Source: Malacoraja senta
Taxonomy: Eukaryota
Length of the DNA stretch: 20,000 nt
Assembly: GCA_038087875.1 (NCBI GenBank)
Contig: JAXLNO010000329.1
Span: 110,871-130,870 of the forward strand
Reading direction: 5' to 3'
The notes beneath the pieces were generated by a model. That model saw nothing but the letters and a program-made list of their open reading frames with translations. It was not told the origin of the DNA and did no database searches. Each line of letters starts with the position of its first letter. Position 1 is the stretch's first letter. Below are positions 1 to 9,564 of this stretch, piece after piece. A program made the position numbers and the translations under genes.

Positions 1-3000
1 GAACCTTTGACCCTGACCATTTGACCCAGACCCTTTGACAGACCGTTTGAATCTGACACTTTGACCCTTTGACTCTGACTCTGATCCTTTGACTTTGACC
101 CTTTGACTGACCCTTTGTCTCTGACCCGTTGAAAATTTGTCTCTGACCCTTTGACTCTGACCTTTTGACTCTGACCCTTTGACTCGGACCCTTTGCCTCT
201 TTGACCCTTTGACTCTGACCCTTTGACTCTTTGACCCATTGACTCTTTGACCCATTGACTCTTTGACCCATTGACTCTTTGACCCATTGACTCTTTGACC
301 CATTGACTCTTTGACCCTTTGACTCTGACCGTTTGATACTGGCTCGTTGACTGACACTTTGACTCTGACTCTTTCACCCTTTGACACTGACCCTTTGATT
401 CTGACACTTTGACTGACCCTTGGACTATGACCCTTTGACCCTGAACCTTTGACTGACCCTTTGACTGACACGATGAGTCTGACACTTTGACTGACCCTTT
501 GACATTGACCCTTTGACTCTGACCCTTTGATTCTGAACCTTTGACCCTAACTCGGTGACACTGACCCGTTGACCCTGAACCTTTGACTGACCCTTTGACT
601 GACCCTTTCACTCTGTCCCTTTGAACCTTTGACTCTGACCCTTTGACTGACCCTTTGACCATGACCCTTTGACCCTAACACCTTGACCCTGACCCTTTGC
701 CTCTGACCCTTTGAATCTGACACTTTGACCATTTGACTGTCCCTTTGTCGCTGACCCTTTAACTCTGACCCTTTGACTCTAACCCTTTGACACTGAACCT
801 TTGACCCTGACCCGTTGACCCTTTGACCGTGACCATTTGACTCTGACCCTATGATCCTGACCCTTTGACCCTGACCCTTTGACTCTGACCCTGTGAATCT
901 GACACTTTGACCCTTTGACTCTGACCCTTTGACTGAGCCTTTGACCCAGACAATGTGACCCTGACCCTTTGATCATGACCATTTGAATCTGACCCTTTGT
1001 CTATGACCCTTCGCCTCTTTGACCCTGACGCTTTGACTCTGACCCTTTGAGTCTGATCATTTAACTCTGACTCTTTGACCCTTTGACTCTGACCCTTTGA
1101 CTCTGATCATTTAATTCTGACCCTTTGACTCTGACTTTCTGACCCTTTGACTCTGACCCGTTGCCCTGACTCTTTGACCCTTAGATTCTGACCCTTTGAC
1201 TCTGACCGTTTGAATTTGACTCTTTGACTGACCCTTTGACATTGACCCTTTGACTGACACTTTGAATCTGACCCTTTGAATCTGAATCTTTGCCTCTGAC
1301 GCTTTGACTTTGACCCTTTGACTCTGACCCTTTGACTCTGACCCTTTGTCTGTCACCCTTTGACTCTAACCCTTTGCCTCTGACCATTTGACCCTTTACT
1401 GACCCTTTGACGATGACCCTCTGACGATGACCCATTGAATCTTTGACCATTTGACTCTGACCGTTTGATACTGGCTCATTGACTGGCCCTTTGACTTTGA
1501 CCCTTTGACACTGACCCTTTGACTCTGACCCTTTGACTGACCCTTTGCCTCTTTGACCCTTTGCCTCTTTGACCCTTTGACTCTGATCCTTTGACTCCGA
1601 ACTTTTGACCCTTTGACTCTGACCCTTTGAATCTGAACCTTTGACACTGAACCTTTGACTCTGACATGCTGAATCTGACCCTTTGACTGACCTTTTGACA
1701 TTGACCCGTTGACCCTGAACCTTTGACTCTGACCCTTTGACCCACCCTTGGACTCTGACCCTTTGACTCTGTCCCTTTGACACTTTGACTCTGACCCTTT
1801 GACTCCTTGACCCTTACCTTTTGACCCTGACCCTTTGAATCTGACACTCTGGCCCTTTGATTCTGACCCTTTTACCATTTTACTGACCCCTTGTCGCTGA
1901 CCCTTTAACTCTGACCCTTTGACTCTGACCCTTTGACACTGACCCGTTGAACCTTTGACCATGACCATTTGACTCTGACCCTATGACCCTGATCCTTTGA
2001 CTGACCCGTTGACCCTTTGACTCTGAGACTTTGACTGACTATTTGACTGACCCTTTGACTCCAAGCCTTTGAACCTTTGACTGACCCTGACCCTTTGACT
2101 TTGTCTCTTTGACTCTGACCCTTTTCCCTGACTCTTTGAGCCTTTGAATCTTTGACTCTGACTCTTTGACCGACACTTTGACTCCGACCATTTCTCTGAA
2201 CCTTTGACTGACCATTTGAATCTGACCCTTTGACTCTGACCCTATGACTCTGACCCTTTGACCCTGACCCTTTGACTTTGTCTCTTTGACTCTGACCCTT
2301 TTCTGACCCTTTGACTCTGATCCTTTGACTCTGACCCTTTGACCATTTGACTCCGAACTTTTGACCCTTTGACTCTGACCCTTTGACTTTGTCTCTTTGA
2401 CTGACCCTTTTCTGACCCTTTGACCCTTTGATTCTAACCCTTTGACCCTTTGACTCTGACTTTGACTGACCCTTTGACTCTGACCCTTTGACTCTGACCG
2501 TTTGAATCTGACCCTTTGACTCTGACCCATAGACTCTTTGACCGTTTGATACTGGCTCATTGACTGACCCTTTGACTCTGACTCTGACCCTTTGACACTG
2601 ACCCTTTGACTCTGACCCCTTTGACTCTGACCCTCTGACTGATCTTTGACTGACCCTTTGACTCTGACCCTTTGACTCTGACCCTTTGACTGACCCTATG
2701 ACCCTGAACCTTTGACACTGACCCTTTGACTCTGACCCTTTGAAGCTGAACCTTTGGCTATGACCCGCTGAATCTGACCCTTTGACTCTGACCTTTTGAC
2801 TCTGACCTTTTAACTCTGACCCTTTGACTCTGACCCTTTGACCCTGCCTTGTTGACACTGACCCGTTGACCCTGAACCTTTGACTCTGACCCTGACGCTT
2901 TGGCTCTGACCCTTTGACTCTGTCCCTTTAACACTTTGACTCTGACCCTTTCACTCTGACCCTTACCTTTTGACCCTGACCATTTGACTCTGATCCTTTG

Positions 3001-3447
3001 ACTCTGATCCTTTGAATCTGACTTTGACCCTTTGATTCTGACCCTTTGACCATTTGACTGACCCTTTGTCGCTGACCCTAACTCTGATCATTTGACTCTG
3101 ACCCTTTGACTCTGACTCTTTGACCCTTTGGCTGACCCTTTGAACCTGACCCTTTGACTTTGTCTCTTTGACTGACACTTTGACTGACCCTTTTCCCTGA
3201 CTCTTTGACCCTTTGATTCTGACCCTTTGAGTTTGACTCTTTGACTGACCCTTTGACTCTGACCATTTGACACAGACCCTTTGACTGACCTTTTGACTGT
3301 CACCCTTTGACCCTTTGACTCAGACCATTTACTAACCATTTGACTCTGACCCTTTGCCTCTGACCATCTGACTCTGACCCTTAGACTCTGACCATATGAC
3401 TCTGACCATTTGACTCTCACACTTTGACCATTTGACTCTGACCCATT
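1..3447. repeat. Degenerate tandem satellite built from TGACCCTT (8 bp) and TGACTC (6 bp) modules; commonest unit 14 bp TGACCCTTTGACTC
   Basis: Continuous (CTGACCCTTTGACT)n-like array from the window start to the TG of the LTR at 3448. Strong strand asymmetry. All minus-strand KGSESKGQSQRVRV ORFs are translations of this unit. Probably continues left of the window. Confidence 0.97.
225..304. repeat. Perfect 16-bp sub-array (GACTCTTTGACCCATT)x5 inside the satellite
   Basis: Five identical copies starting at 225, 241, 257, 273 and 289, followed by a sixth variant copy. Confidence 0.9.
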
Positions 3448-3504
3448 TGTTAAGGTTTCTTAAAACAGACAACTTACAATAAGTTAGGTAAAGCCAATAC
3501 AAGC

Positions 3505-3510
3505 TTTAAT
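3505..3510 (-). promoter_or_regulatory. Probable LTR polyadenylation signal ATTAAA
   Basis: TTTAAT on plus = ATTAAA on minus, ~57 nt before the LTR 3' end and ~100 nt downstream of the TATA box. Also present in the other LTR. Confidence 0.6.
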
Positions 3511-3612
3511 GATCATTCAGCTAGAGAGTGCTGGGAGATACAAAGTCAAGCATACAGCAGATACTTAACTCCTGCTAGGCCATCACTCTAATGAATGAAG
3601 ACATACACCATA

Positions 3613-3619
3613 TTTTATA
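3613..3619 (-). promoter_or_regulatory. Probable LTR TATA box TATAAAA
   Basis: TTTTATA on plus, at the position expected near the U3/R boundary. The 5' LTR equivalent (~17420-17427) reads TATACAAA because of a 1-nt indel. Confidence 0.55.
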
Positions 3620-4158
3620 CTGTTTTGGAAACATAGTCACATGTTCATATAGAATTGCAGCAATGATGTCTAACATATCAATCATAGCTCTACCCATTCA
3701 CAGCATGCTTGTCACTGATACAATACTTCTCATGCTATGGTTATATCGATTACAAACTTTAGTTACGAAACCCCCAAATAACAGGAAGTTAGTCAAAGGT
3801 CTATCATCTGCAGTACCTTCTTAAACAATGTAAGGATCCTTATCAATTACCCACAGAAGTTCCTGCTAGTAGAGAATACCAATTTCTCAGGAAGCTCATC
3901 CCCTCCCAAGGCTTGTGTTTACAGAAGCCAGAACCTTCTCAGGAAGTACATCCCCTCTCACCATTGTCAATATCTTTTGCTTGGGCACAACAGGAAGCAG
4001 CTTGGATAGTTTGAATGCTGGCCTCCAATTTCCTGATTACCCAGCCCTTCTACAGAACCCAAATTTCAAAGCTTTCATTTACTCAGAACCCAAAACCCAA
4101 ATTTATCTTTACTTAATAAAATACATAAAATATTCCATTATTAACCAGGATATCATCA

Positions 4159-4167
4159 TTCCCTCCT
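4159..4167 (-). other. Polypurine tract (PPT)
   Basis: Minus strand AGGAGGGAA immediately followed by TG, the start of the 3' LTR. Homology between the two LTRs ends exactly here. Confidence 0.8.
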
Positions 4168-4191
4168 ATTATCATATTAGAAATGATAACA

Positions 4192-5348
4192 CTACAGTCC
4201 TTGGTTAGTACATAGTAAAGGCTTCAGGCATTTCAGTAAATAAATTAATACAACAATCAACAGTACAATGGATCCATAGTGAATTATCATTCCACATATT
4301 CCTCCTAACATACTAAATGGCCATCATTCTCCACCTTTATTAACATTATGCATTTATTCTCCAACCTCTGTAATCTTCTTAATTTCTCTGGTGATATGTG
4401 CTGCTAAATCTGCAATCTTAGAGGATTCATCAAGAATGTAAGTACAGCATTCACACGCTATAATGTCCCTCCTATTATCCTATAAGGATATACGACAAAG
4501 TGCAACCATTTCAGCCATAATGGATGAAAGGGCCGTTTACTTGTAGGTAAAGATGTCCACCATTTAATTAAACAATTTCTCCAATCCAGAGGACATATTA
4601 ATCAATTCCCGTGATAGACAGGCTGCCCCATACAGTGGGAAAGCAATCATCCAGAATTGCTCTGATTCTGATATACTTCGCTTAGACCTCATCGGGAATA
4701 TACAATTCAGTTAGATGTTACACAGCTCTCATGTGAGGGACAACAAGGCCAAATAACAACATCCCATTCAGTTGTAGGTTGACCTAATCAACCTTTCCCA
4801 GTTCTTCTCATCCCCAGGTACATACCAGGTACATACATGGGTATGCCCGGAATCCACATACAAAATACATCCTATTTATTGGACTCAGCGGCCTCTAGCA
4901 CTAACCTTGGTGCAGGTGCTGTTCCTCAAGTATACTCCGTCGCTTCTTCTGTCACAATAACAGGTAGTATTAACTGGGCTCTGGGGCAATTTACTAATTT
5001 AAGCCATGGTATTTCCCAAACCCTGATCTCATTTACCTTCCATCCTGTCTTAAAAGAGGCCACATACCATTCTTTAAATATGGGTCCTTGACTTTGCCAT
5101 TCTGAAGGCACCCATTAGTTGCTTTTTAATTGCGAAAACAGTGCAAGGCCAGAATCTCAGTAAGGTTAAGGAGTATTGTTACGAGAGGTAATCCTTCCCC
5201 ACCATTATATGGGATGTGCGTACACAACCAGCATACACTTATTATTACGAAGGGCAAATTCAAAACTCATAACCAAAAACAGATTATTTCCCCAAGTCCA
5301 GTCTATATGGGCCAACCCCAGAATATAAAAGAGGGTCAATAGCCCCAT
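4192..5348 (-). pseudogene. env: Gamma-type retroviral envelope glycoprotein pseudogene (SU+TM)
   Basis: Minus-strand translation gives signal peptide MGLLTLFYILGLAHIDWTWG, CWLC (5222-5233), YFVCGFRAYP, GCCYLA..VVP and furin site RSKR (4678-4689). Then fusion peptide FWMIAFPLYGAA, heptad EMVALCRISL, IIACECCTYI and hydrophobic anchor IVLLIVVLIYLL, with a stop at 4192-4194. Several in-frame stops and frameshifts. Confidence 0.9.
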
Positions 5349-5466
5349 TGTCCTTTCTTGGATCCTCCGATCAGTTTAAAGTCAATCAGATGTATCCTCT
5401 TCACTGCAAATGATATTGTTAGTAGCACCTGCTACAGTCCCTTTCAACACAGGCCCAATTTATTCT
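4544..5466. repeat. Copy 1 of a ~922-bp direct duplication of proviral (env 5' and upstream) sequence
   Basis: TAGGTAAAGATGTCC...CCCAATTTATTCT matches 13089-14010 at ~97% (about 25 substitutions and 2 indels by eye). Ends exactly at the L1 poly(T). Confidence 0.95.
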
Positions 5467-8400
5467 TTTTTTTAAAAATTATTAATATTTTTATTAGAAG
5501 CTGTGTACAGTAGTATAAACCGCGGCATAAGACAAAATACATTTATTGTACATCTTCCATTTTTAATTTAACAAAAAGAAAGTACAACAAGAGAGAAAAA
5601 GCGAGAAAGAGAGAAAATGAAAGAAATAGTGAATGTGTAAACCCCTAAACTACCAGATAGTGCAGTCCAGGAGTGAATAAGTAAAAGCCTATAGAAAAAT
5701 AAGAAGACAAAAACGAAAAATAATAAAGGAAAAGAAAAAAGGGACCATTATGTGTTGATATACCTGCTTCATTTCTCACCACACCCATCACCCTGTCCGT
5801 GAATCGGTTTAATTCCAGAGTTGTGTTGCACCATACTATACTTGTAATGAATAAATGAAAGGAGACCATATCTTCAAAAATTGCTCTGATTTTCCTGCTA
5901 AGACGAGTCTCATATCTTCAAGATGTAGCGTCTCAGACATGCTTGTAATCCACATTTTGAGAGTTGGGGTAGAAGCATTCTTCCAAAATTTAAGTATACA
6001 TTTTTTTGCCATTATCAGGCCATAATTAAGGAAACGTCTTTGAAATATTGATAGCTCAGCGCAGACTCCTGTTATTCCAAAAATAATCAATTCTATGTTG
6101 GGGTCCAGTTTTGTTTTTAATAATTTTGAGAAGATTTCAAAGATTCCTTTCCAAAATTTATGAAGTTTTATACAAGAGGCAAAGGAGTGTGTTATAGTTG
6201 CTTCTTGAGATAAACATTTGTCGCAGATGGGAGATACATTTGGAAACATTTTGTTCAGTTTAGCTTTTGAGTAATATAGTCTGTGTAGTATTTTAAATTG
6301 GATTAGAATATGTATTACATTAATCGAACAATTATGTACATGTAGAAGATATTTTTCCCATCTGTCTTAGGGAATTTTTAAGCTTAATTCCTGTTCCCAC
6401 TCTCTTCTAATTACATCTGACGACGGAATTTCTATATTTAAAAGGATATTGTACAAGTATGATATTAAATTATTTGACTGCTTTTCTATTCATACCTTCA
6501 TCTAATATATCTGGCAACAGAGTTTGATATTCGTGGGTATATGTTTTCAAATAATCTCTAATTTGAAGATATCTAAAATATTGATTACCTTTCAGACTGT
6601 ATTTCGACTGTAATTTCTAGAATGATAAGGTTTCCCATTTCGTACAAATCTCCAACCTTTTTAATTCCTAGTCTTTCCCAATAAATAAACGTTTTATCTA
6701 TAAAGGATGGTTTGAACGATGGGTTATTAGCTATTGGGGAGAGAAGAGATAGATTTCTTAATTTAAAAGTAAATTTTACTTGTCTCCAAATTCGTAAAGT
6801 ACTATGAATAATCGGGTTTTTCTTGTATATTGTGTTCTTCAACTTTATCGGGAAGAGAAGGATCGCGCCTATATTAAAAGGCAGGCAATCCTCTCTCTCC
6901 ATTACTAACCAATCTACCTGTTGACATGAATTATCCAGCCAGTAAATTACATGTTTAATGTTTGCTGCCCAATAATAGTATAATAAATTGGGGAGCGCCA
7001 ATCCACCAATTTTACATAGATGTCGTTTATGAATTCTATGTGATTTATATTCCCAAATAAAATGTGTCATCTGGGAATCGTTTTTTTTTTAAATTTTAGG
7101 TAGATATATCGGTATTGATTGAAATAAGTAAAGAATTTGTGGGAGAAAAATCATTTTTATGGCATTTATTCTGCCTATTTGAGACATCGGAATTGTCTAA
7201 GACAGAATTGAATCAGAGCGTTTAATTTAGTAGCTAAAGCAGCAAGTTTGCATTGAATAAAGAATTATATTTTCTGGTTACTTGGATACCCAGGTATTTA
7301 AATTTTTCTGTAGCAGTTCTAAAAGGGAATTTTAAAAGGTGTGTCGACTCTTGGGGTTTTATCGCCATGATTTCACTTTTATTCCAGTTTATTCTATATC
7401 ATGAGAAAGAACCAAATTCCTCTATTAGATTTAATATATTTGGTATACTAACTTGAGATTTTGTAATGTATAATAATACGTCATCTGCATATAATGATAT
7501 TTTATTATTGGAATGTTTAGTATTATAACCGTGAATATTCGGATGCATTCTTATACTTTCCGCTAAGGGCTCTATCGCAAGGGCAAATAGCAGGGGTGAT
7601 AATGCACAACCCTGTATATTGCCCCTGGATAAGTGAAATTTCGGAGTAAGTATGTGGTTGGTCAATATTCCAGCAGACGGCCTGTCATATAGTAATTTTA
7701 TCCATGAAATAAAGTCTGACATTTTTGCAGTACTGTGAAGAGGTATTCCCATTCTACTTGGTCGAATGCTTTTTCTGCATCTAATGAAATAATTGATAAG
7801 TCTTCTTAAATTTTGTGTGAATACATTATTTTAAAAAGACGTCAGATTATTAAATGAATGTCTCTTGGGTATAAACCCCGTTTGATCCGCATGTATTAAT
7901 TTACCAACATATTTACTTAATCTTCTTGCCAGAGTTTTCGCTAATATTTTCTGATCTGTATTTAATAATGCAATTGCTCTGTATGAACCACGGTCTTCTA
8001 GATCTTTATCTTTTTGGGGTATTAGTGTAATAGTTGATTCCGCTAGTGTTTCTGGTAGTGTCTGTTCTTTAAATGCATATCTATAAAGCTTGTGTAAGCG
8101 TGGTGAAATTACCTCATGGAATCTTCTATAAAATTCATTACTGAATCCATCTGGTCCCAGTGTTTTACCATTCTTCAGTGAGTTTATTGTCTCTTCTATT
8201 TCTTTGATTGAAACCTGTGCTCCTAATTCCTCTTGTTCCAGCGGATTAAGTGTTGGGAGATTACAGTTGTCCAGAAAGTTTGTAATTTTATTGCTGTCTG
8301 TTGATGTTTTGGATATACATTTTGATAAAATTGAGCAAATCTTTTATAAATGTCTTTAGGCAGCATTAGCAATTCACCTTTATCTGATTTGATTTTTAGA

Positions 8401-9507
8401 ATAGTATGATCCTTTTCCACTTTTTTCAGCTGATGTGCACAACGTTTATGTGGCTTATCGCCAAATTCGAAATTTTCCTGTTTTGTAATTTGAAATAATC
8501 TAAAATTCGGTTTAGTTTAAATTTCAATATTGCTATCTTGTTGTGTTTATCTATAGTTGGATCTTTCGCGTTTTCTAAATGAAGTTGTCTAATTTGTTCT
8601 TCTAGTTGCAATTGTTCCGTCCTATTATTTTTATTTTCAAAAGCTTGGTATGAAATAATAGAACCTCTGATAAACGCCTTAAAGGATTCCCATAATAGGG
8701 ATGGTGAAATGTCTGGGGTATCATTAGTCTTAAAGAAAAATTCCATCTGTTGTTTTAGGTATATACAACCGTCCGGGTTGTTTAAAATTTGGGGATTGAA
8801 CCTCGAAAACGATTTTTTATTGAACATTCCTTCTAGTTTTAGGAAGAAGGTTAACGGAGAATGATCAGAGATGACACTATTATGATATTTAGGATTAGTT
8901 GTAAAGGGAATTAATTTAGTGTCCACTAGGAAGTAGTCGATACGTGTATAGGTTTTATGTACTGATGAATAAAAGGAATATTCCCTTCCGGCCGGGTTTG
9001 CAATCCTCCATACATCTGTTATATTTGTGTTTTTTATGTATGTATATAAAAGTTCACTTGATTTTGATTTTATATTAAGTCTCTTTTGTTGGGCAGATTT
9101 ATCTGGATATTGATCCAGAACGCAAATGAAATCTCCCCCAATTATCACATTTTGGTAATTGTACTCAGAAATTATATTCAGGATTTTATTAAAAAATTGC
9201 GGATTATCAAAATTAGGAGCATAAATATTTACCATGGTGAGTGGAGTAAAGTGTATCTCTCCAGTAATTATGACATACCTCCCCTCTTTGTCTGCGATGG
9301 TATTCTTATGTTTAAATGGTATGCCTTTATGAATTATAATTGCGGTACCCATAGATTTAGAGAGATAGGAGGAGTGATATGTTTGACCGATCCAATTTGC
9401 CTTCAGCCTGGGCTGAGCTTGAACTTTCAAGTGTGTTTCCTGTGATTTTAATTGGGCAAGAATCTTACCCCTTTTAATTGGCTCATTAGCTCCCCTTATG
9501 TTCCAGC

Positions 9508-9564
9508 AAGGACATTAGCTTGGAGGAAGGACATTAGCTTGGAGGAAGGACATTAGTTTGGAGG
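9508..9564 (+). repeat. 19-bp unit AAGGACATTAG(C/T)TTGGAGG x3 at the CR1 5' junction
   Basis: Copies at 9508-9526, 9527-9545 and 9546-9564. The first two carry C, the third carries T. Confidence 0.92.

Larger units (their letters stand above)
3448..4158 (-). repeat. 3' LTR of the ERV (711 bp)
   Basis: Plus strand TGTTAAGG...TATCATCA aligns end-to-end with 17259-17968 (about 32 substitutions and 4 indels counted by eye). Preceded on the minus strand by a polypurine tract. Confidence 0.93.

Noticed and set aside
547..3420. Many minus-strand ORFs up to 317 aa rich in K/G/S/Q/R/V
   Set aside because: They are translations of the 14-bp satellite unit, which lacks minus-strand stops. They overlap in all three frames and show no coding signature.
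1..3447. CRISPR array or true telomere
   Set aside because: There are no unique spacers and the context is eukaryotic. No (CCCTAA)n run is present, only isolated CCCTAA and TGACCC variants.
3591..4208. Plus-strand ORFs 3591-3824 and 3915-4208 and their counterparts at 17402-17846
   Set aside because: They lie antisense within the LTRs, their frames and stops differ between the two LTRs, and they have no recognisable motifs.
4837..5342. Plus-strand ORFs apparently conserved in duplicate (4837-5091/13381-13635 and 5130-5342/13674-13886)
   Set aside because: They are antisense to env. Their conservation simply reflects the recent ~97%-identical duplication.
4192..5348. Domesticated, syncytin-like env gene
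   Set aside because: Both copies have multiple stops and frameshifts, and the ISD/CX6CC region is damaged.
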